Assembly: GCA_038065275.1 (NCBI GenBank)
Contig: JBBTRH010000005.1
Span: 103,195 to 167,194, forward strand
Reading direction: 5' to 3'
DNA length: 64,000 nucleotides
Source of the DNA: Patescibacteria group bacterium
GTDB lineage: Bacteria; Patescibacteriota; Patescibacteriia; SBBC01; CAIJZX01
Shown here: one piece after another, positions 8,467 to 18,104 of the stretch
Position numbering within the stretch: position 1 is the first letter of the stretch
Layout of the letters: each line of letters starts with the position of its first letter
Notes under the pieces: generated by a model
What the model was told of the DNA's origin: nothing
What the model saw: the letters and a program-made list of their open reading frames with translations, nothing else
Databases searched by the model: none
Program-made: the position numbers and the translations under genes

Positions 8467-11400
8467 CTACGGTCCGCTGGCCACCGAATTCGGCAAGGCG
8501 TTGGCGAAATCGGTCATGCCCGGCAAGGGATTCGATTGCAGACGGCCGTCAAAGATGATCAGTTCCGACGGCAACGGATTTTCCACCGTCCCCGCGTACT
8601 GCCGTTTCAACACGAATTCCTTGGCGATCATCAACCCCTTAACCTCCAGCGGATATTGATTATCGCTAGCGCTGTCGATTGTATTAATCTTTCCGGTGAC
8701 GTAATAGGCGCCGACGATTTCTTGGACGGTGTTAGCGATGGTCAGGTTGCCCTTAACCACCACCGTCAAGGAGGCCAGTTTTCTCAAGTCGCCGATAGAG
8801 GCGCTGACGTAAGACAGCGGCTGGTTGATCGTCAGATTGCCGTTGACAATCAGGATACCGGCGCCGGAACCATAGGTAGCCAGGTCCGTGGCACCGTTGG
8901 GGGTATTGCTGAACGCGACAGATGTATCAATTGTGTAGTTTGAAGTTCCGTCCCCGACGACATACACCTTGCCGCCAAGTCCGTTCAATCCTGAGGGATG
9001 ATTCATTTCCGCTATCCACGAAGTTGAGATGCTGTTATTCGTTCCACTGGAAGTTAATGTCTCAATCTTAGAACCATACTTGTTCTTATGGTTCGCCGCA
9101 TCGGTTTCCGTCTCAATCCCCTTCAAATCGAACCGGCCGAGGATATTCTGGTACGTATTCTCGGCGGAGATGAGGGGGATTCGCGAGACTCCGGGTTGTA
9201 AAGCGGACGATCCCAAAGACGAGCAGAAGCCGGTGATGGATGCGGCTGAAGTGATCAGGTAGGTGGCGTTCGGCGTACCGGTGCAGGCTTGGCTGGCGGA
9301 ACCGATCTCACCGGTGGCGTAAATGTCGCCCAGTTTGGTCTGAATGAGCCGACTGCCGCCGTAACTGGTGCTCCGGAAGTCGAGCCAGCCGAAGTCCTGG
9401 CTCCAGGCATAACCGACGAACTTCCCGGTTTCGGTGTCCAGGTTGACGCCGTACTCGGCACAGGTGGCGCCGGAAACGCTACAGACCGCTCCGATAGCGC
9501 AAGTTCCCTTATTGCCCGCGCTACAAGTAGCGTCATCGGAGCAACGCAACGACTGGTCGCCGGTGCAGAATCCCGGCGCGGTGCAGGGGCCGGTTTTACC
9601 GGCCGCCGTGCAGTTGGCTGTCGTCGCACAGTGCGTAGTAAGGTCGTCCTTACAAACGTAATAACAGGCGGCGGTGGCGGCCGTATCGGACGGGACACAA
9701 CTGCGGTTTGATGCGTCCTGGCAGAAGGCACAGTTTTTAGCATTTGTTCCTCCGCCGTCACAGTCACGGCAACCGTAGAGCGACGGTTGGCCGTCGATGA
9801 TGGCCGGGGTTGGGGAAGCGACGTCATCACCGCGCAACCGCACCCACCCGCCGTCAGCTCCGTTAGCCATGGTCATAAACCGCCCCCAGCCGGAAAGTTC
9901 ATGGGCGCCTTTGTTTTGACCGTTCTGACCCACGTAATTCGCGTTGTGTCCGGGGTTCAGGGTGTTATATTTAACGCCGAAGCTCTCGGTCGGACTGTTT
10001 GGCGGAGTCGAGTTAGAAAAATCATTGGCATTGAACGACAACCACCCGACCGGCGTGCAGGCTAAGGGACTATTACCACTCGCACCCGAGCATGTCAGTT
10101 GAATACCGGGGGGGTTTTTGAGTTTACCGGTGTTACCGTCATAATTAATAGTACCACTTTCAGTTTCCGCACCGAGGCGGCAGTCGTCATCCCGGACGCA
10201 CAAAAATCCTTCATCCTTGGCGCACCGTCCGAAACAGTCGAAATCGTTGAGACAAGAACGCGTGGTTAGCGCCCCACTGGCACGATCTGATATACAGCGG
10301 CGCGCAGTAGTATCACATACTCCACAGTCGGAATTGTAAGAGCAGGAGCGCGTGGTTAGTCCACCGCCACTTAACTTACAGAGGCGCGCAACAGTATCAC
10401 ATACTCCGGTGGTGAGGTCGTATGGGTAAGTGCTTGCATCTATCAGGGCACTCGTTGACGGCGGATTGGAACACGACCCGAGATCCAGCGTTTCTTTGTC
10501 CTCGCCGCCCCCGCTTGGCTTGCCGAACCAGCCGCGGCCGGTCAATGAACCGATCAGGGTGCTATTGCTCGATGAGATTGGTTGGCGTTCAAGGCTGATG
10601 CCGTACGATTCCGGACTGCGCTGACAGAGCGTCGGGGTGCCGGTTTCAGCGCTGACACAGCTGACGGAGATATTGCCGATTGGGGACGAAGCCGCCGGGC
10701 CCGTCGGCGAGGTGGCGCCGGCCCAGATCGTGCCGGTCAGGGTGCTTGGGGTGCGGCCAAAGAGCGTCACGCCGGTCGTATCACCAGTCGAAACAACGGT
10801 TCCCTGACCGACCGCGAAGACGTGCTGGAGGCCGACGGCGGTCATGGCGTTGACATCGTTCATGATCGAGGATGTCGCATCGGACCGCACCTTGTTCGGC
10901 AGTGATTCGGCGGTGAATGCCCCGCCGCCGAGCGCGTCGGTATTGACCATGATGCCGTTAGCGGCGATATCCTTCCCAGCGGCGATGACGGTGTACGTGT
11001 CCCGCGCCGGAATCAGCGGATTGCTTATTTCCTCGACTTTCAGGTCGTCGCAAGTAACTTTGGCTCCGTAGGTGGCCTCGCAACGGACTTCGAGGACCAT
11101 CCGGCGTGGGGTGAGGCTAGCACCTTGACTGGCATAAATTGAAGAGAAAATCCGGTCTTCGCGCGAGAAGGTCAGGTCGATGGCCCGCCAGCCGTTCGTC
11201 CCATTGTGCGATCCATCGTCGACCGTAATGTACTTGCGGTTACTCAACGAGCAGTTGACGAATCCCGCTTGGCCGTACTTGATGTAGTTATTCGCCGCTC
11301 CGGCGCAACCGATGGCGACGCCGCCTTGCGGGGCCGGGGGGACAGGATACCAGACGGGCAAGGCCGGAAACTCTACCTTGACCCAACCGGTCAGGCGGAA

Positions 11401-12816
11401 CTTCTGCCCTTCGATCGTGGAGAGGTCGATCCGCTGGGTCATACCTTCGGTGTAGTACAGATCCAAATTCGCGTTGTTGCAAGTATTGTCATTGATGTAA
11501 CTTGGACTCGGTTGAATGACAACCGCGGTGTTGAGTCCCTCCGACTGGCCCTCAGCCATCCAGTAGTCGGCTGAGTTCGAAACGCAATTACCCGTACCAT
11601 CTTTATGATAGTGGGGAGCGGCATCGTAAAACAACCAGCCGTCAGGTAGGGAAGATGTAGACGACGTCGTGTGATTATCAAAATTGCCATTCGATAGGAG
11701 CGAGGTGCCGGTCCCGCCGCGATCGCGAATAGCCGTGACGGCATAGTACGGTTTACCGCTCGTTCCGGTGATCAGTGTTGTTGACGAACCCCCCGTAGCC
11801 TCATCGTACTTATATATTCCATCCGAGGCGGCGATCCACAACACGTTGCGGAGTGGGCCGCTCGTGCCGGGATCCGTTGACCGCGTCCCGACGGCTAAAC
11901 CATAGCCGCATTTACCATCAATGCTTGCGATTTGGGTCCAAGAATTTATCGCGCTGGTTGATACCTTATAGAGATATGTCTTTCGTCCACTGCCCGTGCA
12001 ATCACGATAATACGGCGCCATGGGCAGGCCATCTGAATCATTTGAGAATATCGTGGTCAGAATGTAAGCCGTGTTGTAATTCGTGAACCGGATGGCGGTA
12101 ACGTTTTCGCCGGATATTCCCGTATGCCCCACGCCTCCGTCAATGACGGCCGGAGTAATAATTTCCCAGTTAGCGCTCCCGGCGGTCTTCGCCACCAATC
12201 CGGCCTGGCCTCCGGCGATAACCGTCCCATTGTACGTCTGCGCGGCATCAATGGTATAAAAGTCTCGATTAGTATTCGTATTGTTTTCAGTGATGGTGCT
12301 TACTTGGAATTGTCCTGGGTATGGTGAATTGATATTACCGGGCGTGCGGTAATAGGTAGGGATCGTGGCTATACGACTGTCGGAGCCAACTACCCACAGC
12401 GGGTTTGGATTCCCTTCGCCGTTATTCTCTTGGCCAACGACCGCGTTCAAGCTGTAGACCGAAGCGCTATTGGCGAACGGCGCCGCGACTCTTGACCAAC
12501 GAGCGCCGTCGAAAAAGTAGAAGACGCCGTTCGTGTCGGAATTTGTGTTCGACTTGTCGACGCCAACGGCGTAAGCTTCGTATCGGTTGTACTCCGCGAG
12601 ATATTTGAACCCGCGATTAAACGCCCAGACACCGCGGAACTCGACCTGCTCGAGCGAATTCGTCGTATCGATGAACGGCACTTCGAATTCGGCTAAGGAC
12701 GAGCGGCCAAGCGCGGCCGCGGCCGCGAGCACGACCAGGATTACCCCGGGTCGCCAGATGCGCCAACGCGTTAGGAGCGGTCGGGACGGTTTGTTAGTTG
12801 GGCGTCGGAGAATCAT
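8467..12816 (-). CDS. giant secreted or surface protein (1449 aa) with internal Cys-rich tandem repeats
   Basis: Start MILRRPTNKP.. with a hydrophobic signal or anchor. It sits 2 nt after the stop of the upstream paralog. Repeats CDTVARLCKLSGGGLTTRSC... at about 10190..10440. Confidence 0.6.
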   Translation of the reverse strand: MILRRPTNKPSRPLLTRWRIWRPGVILVVLAAAAALGRSSLAEFEVPFIDTTNSLEQVEFRGVWAFNRGFKYLAEYNRYEAYAVGVDKSNTNSDTNGVFYFFDGARWSRVAAPFANSASVYSLNAVVGQENNGEGNPNPLWVVGSDSRIATIPTYYRTPGNINSPYPGQFQVSTITENNTNTNRDFYTIDAAQTYNGTVIAGGQAGLVAKTAGSANWEIITPAVIDGGVGHTGISGENVTAIRFTNYNTAYILTTIFSNDSDGLPMAPYYRDCTGSGRKTYLYKVSTSAINSWTQIASIDGKCGYGLAVGTRSTDPGTSGPLRNVLWIAASDGIYKYDEATGGSSTTLITGTSGKPYYAVTAIRDRGGTGTSLLSNGNFDNHTTSSTSSLPDGWLFYDAAPHYHKDGTGNCVSNSADYWMAEGQSEGLNTAVVIQPSPSYINDNTCNNANLDLYYTEGMTQRIDLSTIEGQKFRLTGWVKVEFPALPVWYPVPPAPQGGVAIGCAGAANNYIKYGQAGFVNCSLSNRKYITVDDGSHNGTNGWRAIDLTFSREDRIFSSIYASQGASLTPRRMVLEVRCEATYGAKVTCDDLKVEEISNPLIPARDTYTVIAAGKDIAANGIMVNTDALGGGAFTAESLPNKVRSDATSSIMNDVNAMTAVGLQHVFAVGQGTVVSTGDTTGVTLFGRTPSTLTGTIWAGATSPTGPAASSPIGNISVSCVSAETGTPTLCQRSPESYGISLERQPISSSNSTLIGSLTGRGWFGKPSGGGEDKETLDLGSCSNPPSTSALIDASTYPYDLTTGVCDTVARLCKLSGGGLTTRSCSYNSDCGVCDTTARRCISDRASGALTTRSCLNDFDCFGRCAKDEGFLCVRDDDCRLGAETESGTINYDGNTGKLKNPPGIQLTCSGASGNSPLACTPVGWLSFNANDFSNSTPPNSPTESFGVKYNTLNPGHNANYVGQNGQNKGAHELSGWGRFMTMANGADGGWVRLRGDDVASPTPAIIDGQPSLYGCRDCDGGGTNAKNCAFCQDASNRSCVPSDTAATAACYYVCKDDLTTHCATTANCTAAGKTGPCTAPGFCTGDQSLRCSDDATCSAGNKGTCAIGAVCSVSGATCAEYGVNLDTETGKFVGYAWSQDFGWLDFRSTSYGGSRLIQTKLGDIYATGEIGSASQACTGTPNATYLITSAASITGFCSSLGSSALQPGVSRIPLISAENTYQNILGRFDLKGIETETDAANHKNKYGSKIETLTSSGTNNSISTSWIAEMNHPSGLNGLGGKVYVVGDGTSNYTIDTSVAFSNTPNGATDLATYGSGAGILIVNGNLTINQPLSYVSASIGDLRKLASLTVVVKGNLTIANTVQEIVGAYYVTGKINTIDSASDNQYPLEVKGLMIAKEFVLKRQYAGTVENPLPSELIIFDGRLQSNPLPGMTDFANALPNSVASGP

Positions 12817-12818
12817 TT

Positions 12819-14120
12819 TTACCGCGGAGGAATAATGGGTTCCTCGTCGTCGCCCCCCCCGTCGCCCACGACGGTTCCGGTCGGAGTGGCCGAGGCAGAC
12901 AAGGCGGTTGAGTACCGCGGGTAGGGGTTCCCCTGATAGGCGCGGTAAGTGTAGGTCGTGTTGGCGATTAGGCCGTAGCCGGTATCGAAGAAGGAAGAAA
13001 GCGTGTTTTGGCCGTGGGTCTCGGCGTGGACGACCGCGAACGAACTCATGCCGCCGACCGCGTAAGTTAGGCCGTCGGCCGGCGCGAAGGTAAAATTCGG
13101 ATTGTCCGAACGGACGACCAGAACATTGACCGATCCCGCCGGCGATTGGCTGGCGGTGCGAAACGTCAGGCTGACCTGATTGTCGATTCCGGGCGTGGCC
13201 GTCGCCGTAAAAGAGGTCAGCGGGTTCACGGCCGCGCAATCAATCGCACAATTGTTCGCCGTTTCCGGAGCTGACCCGCCGGCGCTACAGAGGCCGTCGC
13301 CGCACTTCAGGTTAAGAGGAATATCGATCGGGTCGCCGAGGGTGATGGAGCCGGCGTTGAAGGCTGAAGCCAGGTTGACACTGCCGCTTTCGGTAACGGT
13401 CGTGGTCGAGGTTTGCAAAGTCAGTTTGTCGGCGGTCGACGCGGCGGGGATGTCCGTCCAACTGCTGATGCAGTCCGTCGGACCGGTACCGTTTAAGCAC
13501 AGGCGTCCCGAGGCACCCGATATACTCGGATTAATCGCCACCCGGCCGAAGAAATTTCCGGCGTAGTTGTCAATATTGAGACCGTCGGCAAACAAAGTGC
13601 TTAAACTGTTGCTGGACGGGCCGAGACGGAAGGTGTACGGGTTAGTTACCGATGCCGCCCCTTCCATCCGCACATAGCCATAACCCGGCTGGGGATTGGG
13701 GAGGTTAAGGTTGTCGAAACCGCTTGTAATCAAAGTTACGAACGATTCGGTCGCGGCGCCGGACAGGTCGCCCCAACTCTTGATGCATTTTGTCGTATCG
13801 TCAATAACAGCCGCGGCGTTCAGACACAGTTGGGCGCATACATTTCTATTACCACCAACCGCCAAGTCGCAAGTTGGTGAGCCAACTTGACTGCTACCCA
13901 ATATTAACGACCCGAGCTTCTGCTGGGCGACCGCTGACGCGTTGAGCGGTTTTGCGGTTTGGCCGCCGGGAGGCGGGGCGGTCGGATTGACAAGCAGGGC
14001 ATGGCTAATGAAGAACGGCCAAGCGCCTAGGCCGACGATGACCGCGGCGGCGAGCCAAACCGCCCTGGATCGGCGAAGTGTCTTACTAAGGGTGATCATT
14101 TGGTTCGAGGGTCTAGTCAT
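12819..14120 (-). CDS. secreted protein, paralog family member A (signal, 2x LCLN..C.SSW.D module, CGDGLCS..C.IDC motif, FN3-like C-terminus)
   Basis: 433 aa. Shares motifs with 14127..15668 and 15758..16732. Confidence 0.6.
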   Translation of the reverse strand: MTRPSNQMITLSKTLRRSRAVWLAAAVIVGLGAWPFFISHALLVNPTAPPPGGQTAKPLNASAVAQQKLGSLILGSSQVGSPTCDLAVGGNRNVCAQLCLNAAAVIDDTTKCIKSWGDLSGAATESFVTLITSGFDNLNLPNPQPGYGYVRMEGAASVTNPYTFRLGPSSNSLSTLFADGLNIDNYAGNFFGRVAINPSISGASGRLCLNGTGPTDCISSWTDIPAASTADKLTLQTSTTTVTESGSVNLASAFNAGSITLGDPIDIPLNLKCGDGLCSAGGSAPETANNCAIDCAAVNPLTSFTATATPGIDNQVSLTFRTASQSPAGSVNVLVVRSDNPNFTFAPADGLTYAVGGMSSFAVVHAETHGQNTLSSFFDTGYGLIANTTYTYRAYQGNPYPRYSTALSASATPTGTVVGDGGGDDEEPIIPPR

Positions 14121-14126
14121 GACGGA

Positions 14127-15668
14127 TCAGTCTCCTTCCTTGCCGCCGCCACCGCCTCCACCTCCACCTCCGCCGCCACCGCCTCCATCCGACGGAGCGA
14201 CGTTTAATTGGACGGATTTATTACCGCTGAGCTTGACCGTGCAGGTGGTCATGGTCAGCTGGTCACAGCCGCCCCATCCGGTGACAACGTAATCGGCGTC
14301 GATTGAGTTGACGGTCAGCGTCTCGGTGACGCCACGGTTATAGAGGGCCGCGCAGGAGCCGGGACAAGCGATGTTGCCGATTGTGCCGACCACCGACGCC
14401 TTGGTCTGGTTGGCCTGGTCGTTGATGCTGACCGTCAGTTGAACCGGCGTGATGGCCGCGGCTACCGTGGGCGTCGAATACCGCGGGTAAGCGTTGGCCT
14501 GGTAGGCTTGGTAGTAATACGTAGTGCCGGAGACGGGCGAGGTATCGGTCCAGTTATAGGCCCAGTTGATGTTTGGGTCCACCCTTATGATGGTGTCATT
14601 GCCGATGGTTGTTCCGGCGGTATAGGCGGTGCCATTAACCGGGCGGAAGACCGGCGGGTTCGGAGACGAGCGGACAATTAGGACGGTAACCTGGGAGCCG
14701 ACCGTCATTGACAGTTTAACATTCGGTTGGGGGAAGGCGGCCGTCAAGGCGGCGGTGAATTGCGCGGGCGACGGGACGGCGGCGCAGTCGATTGGACAGA
14801 AGGAGTCATTTTCATTGCTACTACAGACACCGTCACCGCAGGTATATGTCACATTTATTCCCGTCGGGTCGCCCAGGACCGCCGACCCGAAGCTAGCGTG
14901 GCCGCTAATGGAGGCGCCGCCGCCGAAAGTATTTTGTGTGGCTGGTGGATCACGCTGGACATAGTTTTTCGCCAGCGTGATATCGTTCCAACTGCTGATA
15001 CAGTACTGTGGTAAGACATCGGGGCCGAGGCAGATTTTGCCGGATTGGGGGGGGTTGTCGACCGCCCCGACGTAAACCCTGCCGTTGAACGATCCGGCCC
15101 AATTGGAGTTGCCGAAATTACCACCGTTGGCGTAGACCGCGGTAGCCGTGTAGCCGCAGTCGCTGTTCTTCGTACAACTCATCCCGTTGTTCAGACAAGT
15201 ACCCGGCGGTATTTGCGGTATTTGGCAAAAGACGACAGCCGGAGCTCTAACGATGGCGGCGGCGGCCTGATTACCACTCGCTTGTACATCAGCAAAACCG
15301 GACTGGGACTCGTAGGTGGTCGGAAATAAAGCCGACCCGAGCAGGATTAGGTTAGTTTTTAATCCGAGATATTGAGGCAAGGTGCCGGATAAATCGCTCC
15401 AAGAAGATACGCAATTCGCCGAATCATTCTCCCCCGCGACGGCATCGGCGTTCAGACACAACTTGCTGGTTGTCGTTCCATCGGGTCCGATTAGCAATGA
15501 GTCGGTTTTTTGCTGGGTGTTCGGACCGGCGTTCAGCGGCGGTGAAATGGAGTCAGACGAAGGAGGAATCGCCGTCACGGCTAAAGTCTGGGCGGCGCCC
15601 GAGACGGCCAGCCACCCGCCGGCGATCATTAAGACAATTAGGATGAGGCTCCGCGGGCTTACACCCAT
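14127..15668 (-). CDS. secreted protein, paralog family member B, with C-terminal poly-Gly (G15) tail
   Basis: Probable start MGVSPRSLILIVLMIAGG (ATG 15668). Motifs QQK.DSLLIG, KLCLNAD, NCVSSWSDLSG, CGDGVCS...CPIDCAAV. Confidence 0.6.
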   Translation of the reverse strand: MGVSPRSLILIVLMIAGGWLAVSGAAQTLAVTAIPPSSDSISPPLNAGPNTQQKTDSLLIGPDGTTTSKLCLNADAVAGENDSANCVSSWSDLSGTLPQYLGLKTNLILLGSALFPTTYESQSGFADVQASGNQAAAAIVRAPAVVFCQIPQIPPGTCLNNGMSCTKNSDCGYTATAVYANGGNFGNSNWAGSFNGRVYVGAVDNPPQSGKICLGPDVLPQYCISSWNDITLAKNYVQRDPPATQNTFGGGASISGHASFGSAVLGDPTGINVTYTCGDGVCSSNENDSFCPIDCAAVPSPAQFTAALTAAFPQPNVKLSMTVGSQVTVLIVRSSPNPPVFRPVNGTAYTAGTTIGNDTIIRVDPNINWAYNWTDTSPVSGTTYYYQAYQANAYPRYSTPTVAAAITPVQLTVSINDQANQTKASVVGTIGNIACPGSCAALYNRGVTETLTVNSIDADYVVTGWGGCDQLTMTTCTVKLSGNKSVQLNVAPSDGGGGGGGGGGGGGGGKEGD

Positions 15669-15757
15669 GGTATCTTTAGCTCTTGGGGCGGAGCGGAATC
15701 CGCCGAAGTCCCGCCGAGCGGGACGAAGGCGGATGAGAATGGATGGCCGTCCGTCGT

Positions 15758-16732
15758 TCATGGGACAATCGGCAATTTGCAATCAGCTGAACAGTTCTGT
15801 CGCGTTTCGTTGTTGACGATACTGCAGATTCCGTCGCCGCAACTGAAGTCGGACGATGTCGCGGACGTCGGTCCGCCGGCGACCAGCGATCCGGCCACCA
15901 GCGACCCGCCAGCCGCCGTGTTCCCCGAGTCGGAAGTTATCCTTTGGTCTAAGCCGAGATTCTGCAGGCGGACGATGGCCGCTTGGCTGGCGGTAATATC
16001 AGTCCAATTCGATATGCAGTCGTTGTCATTCAGGTTGCCATTCAGACTATCATTCAGGCAGATCTGTTGCTGGCCGCCGACCACGGCCAGCCGGCCGGCG
16101 AAGGTAGCGGCGTAACTGGCGTCCGTCAGAGCTTCACTGTATATGCCGGTCGGCGTGTTTGCAGACGCCGAGTCCGGCGCTTCGGCGATCAAGGTAATGA
16201 GTTGGGCGTTTTGGTTGCTTGAACTATAGGTATACGGCTTGGCTTGGATGGAAAACGCGCCGTTATCAATGGTATCGCCAGGCGGATCTGGGATGGCGTT
16301 ATCCGAGTGGGCCGGATTGTCTTGTCTGCGGACGTACGAGCCGCCACTACTTATCAGCCTGCTGGTTAGCATCGGCCACGAAGTAATACAGTTTCCGGTT
16401 GCCGGGTTGGAGTCGGTTGTCCCGGGGAAATTCGTCAGGTCGGGATTCAAGCATAGGCGACTGCATCCCGTTTCGCTGTCGGTGGTACAGTTCGAGAGCG
16501 CCCCGTTCCGTTCGCCGATCAGGAGACTGCCCTTTTTTTGCTGGGCGAACGCGGCACCGTTAATGAATTCGGGAATTTCGACAGTACTGACATTGTACTG
16601 CGGCGGGTTAGACAACGGTTCAGAATACGCGGCGTAACCGAAATCCGGGTGAAGAAGGGTCAGCCCCGATATGCCTCCGATGACGACCGCGGCTATCCAA
16701 AGTGTAGGGTTGTTTCGTGGTTTTGATGTCAT
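15758..16732 (-). CDS. secreted protein, paralog family member C (short form ending at CGDGICS..C.ADC)
   Basis: Probable start MTSKPRNNPTLWIAAVVIGG (ATG 16732). A TGGTATAGT -10-like element lies about 25 nt upstream. Confidence 0.55.
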   Translation of the reverse strand: MTSKPRNNPTLWIAAVVIGGISGLTLLHPDFGYAAYSEPLSNPPQYNVSTVEIPEFINGAAFAQQKKGSLLIGERNGALSNCTTDSETGCSRLCLNPDLTNFPGTTDSNPATGNCITSWPMLTSRLISSGGSYVRRQDNPAHSDNAIPDPPGDTIDNGAFSIQAKPYTYSSSNQNAQLITLIAEAPDSASANTPTGIYSEALTDASYAATFAGRLAVVGGQQQICLNDSLNGNLNDNDCISNWTDITASQAAIVRLQNLGLDQRITSDSGNTAAGGSLVAGSLVAGGPTSATSSDFSCGDGICSIVNNETRQNCSADCKLPIVP

Positions 16733-16862
16733 GACGGAATCAATAATCCGCACTAGTACTATACCACACAACACCGGTCCTGGCAACCCCGACGTTATAA
16801 GTTACATATCGTTACCGAGCGCAAATTCCGACCTGGCCGATCTGGAGAAAAGGGGGTATACT

Positions 16863-17504
16863 ATGCTTGTCAATCGCCCACAATACCGTATGCCGACCAC
16901 CCCCCCGCCGCCTGCTCCGCTTGTCCGCCGTAGTCCCAAGGACGAAGGAGGACTTGTCCGCCGACCTGTCCGCCAAAGCTTTAGCGTCGGCGGAAGTTTT
17001 AACGTAGGCGGGCTTGCCCGCCGTAGTCCCGCGGACGAAGGCGGGCCTGTCCGCCAAAGCCTTGGCGTCGGCGGACCCGTTCGCCGTTGGCCGTGGGAAG
17101 TTCTGGCTGGGTTTGGTATCGTCATCATCGCCGTCATCGTCACCCTCGTCACTCGCCCGCGGCCGCCGGCGGCGTCGGTTAGCGGTCAACCGTTGACGCG
17201 GCTGGCCGGCGTGCCCGACTCGTACTCCGACTTCGCCGGCAAGATCGTGTCGCTTGACGGGACGCGGCTGACCGTTAATTTCCGCGGCTGGGGCGCCGAC
17301 GGCCGCCTGTTCGATAAAATCTATCTCGTCCAGGTTGATCCGGCGACCGAACTGCAGATCCTTGACACGGTCAACGGCGAACGGCAAAAACGCCCCTTGA
17401 AACTGGCCGATCTCAAGCCCGACGACACGGTGCTGGTCAGCGGTGACGGCAACCTGGCCACGCAATCAAGTTTTACCGCCACCAAACTTTACCTCTACCA
17501 ATAA
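16863..17504 (+). CDS. membrane-anchored hypothetical protein with N-terminal 75-bp tandem repeat (RRSPxDEGG..VRQS..VGG x2)
   Basis: ATG 16863 is preceded by AAAGGGGG, the only strong Shine-Dalgarno in the window. The ORF-track start at 16671 is not believed. Confidence 0.55.
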   Translation: MLVNRPQYRMPTTPPPPAPLVRRSPKDEGGLVRRPVRQSFSVGGSFNVGGLARRSPADEGGPVRQSLGVGGPVRRWPWEVLAGFGIVIIAVIVTLVTRPRPPAASVSGQPLTRLAGVPDSYSDFAGKIVSLDGTRLTVNFRGWGADGRLFDKIYLVQVDPATELQILDTVNGERQKRPLKLADLKPDDTVLVSGDGNLATQSSFTATKLYLYQ

Positions 17505-17543
17505 TCATCAATTAACTCAATCACTAACCGACTGCCCTCGTTT

Positions 17544-18098
17544 ATGAACTATCTCATTACTATCGGTGCGATCGTCGTCCTTTTTCTGCTCTGGTTATGG
17601 ATGGCCTATAACGGCCTGATCCGCCTGAAGAACCAAACCGACGAAGCCTGGTCGGACATCGACGTCCAGCTCAAGCGCCGCTACGACCTGATCCCCAATC
17701 TGGTTGAGACGGTCAAAGGCTACGCCGCTCACGAACGGACCGCGTTCGAGAATGTGACTAAGGCCCGCGCCGCCGCCATGGGGGCCGCGACGCCGGAGGC
17801 CAAAGGTCAAGCCGAGAATATGCTCAGCGGCGCTTTGAAGACGATTTTCGCCCTGGCTGAAGCTTATCCCGACCTGAAGGCCAACCAGAATTTCGCCAAA
17901 CTGCAGGACGAGCTGTCCGACACCGAGAATAAAATCCAGGCCGCGCGGCGATTCTACAACGGCAACGTCCGCGATCTGAACACCCGCGTCGAATCCTTCC
18001 CGACTAATATGTTCGCGAAGCAACTCGGATTTAGTCAGCGCGAATTCTTCGAAGTCGGGAACGAAGCGGAGAAAGCCCCGGTCAAAGTGCAGTTTTAA
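17544..18098 (+). CDS. lemA: LemA family protein
   Basis: 184 aa. N-terminal TM then RLKNQTDEAWSDIDVQLKRRYDLIPNLVETVKGYAAHE. Confidence 0.85.
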   Translation: MNYLITIGAIVVLFLLWLWMAYNGLIRLKNQTDEAWSDIDVQLKRRYDLIPNLVETVKGYAAHERTAFENVTKARAAAMGAATPEAKGQAENMLSGALKTIFALAEAYPDLKANQNFAKLQDELSDTENKIQAARRFYNGNVRDLNTRVESFPTNMFAKQLGFSQREFFEVGNEAEKAPVKVQF

Positions 18099-18104
18099 GC
18101 GGTC

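Noticed and set aside
8335-8943. ORFs 8335..8943(+), 8349..8558(+) and 40029..40319(+), which share the peptide ..SPYPPSEFRRGTPGGSGNLPQ..
   Set aside because: The shared peptide is just the translation of the 110-bp palindromic structured repeat. The ORFs overlap real minus-strand genes or intergenic DNA and have no start context.
14137-14190. The poly-Gly coding repeat of paralog B as a slipped-strand phase-variation tract
   Set aside because: The tract is a mix of GGC/GGA/GGT/GGG codons (CCTCCACCTCCGCCGCC...), not a homopolymer or a perfect short repeat. Slippage potential is low.
16671-16862. 5' extension of the 16863 gene (ORF-track start 16671) and the 8275 start of pilM
   Set aside because: The extensions run through divergent-promoter DNA and inverted-repeat module 3 respectively. 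Internal ATGs match the conserved PilM N-terminus or carry the AAGGGGG ribosome-binding site.
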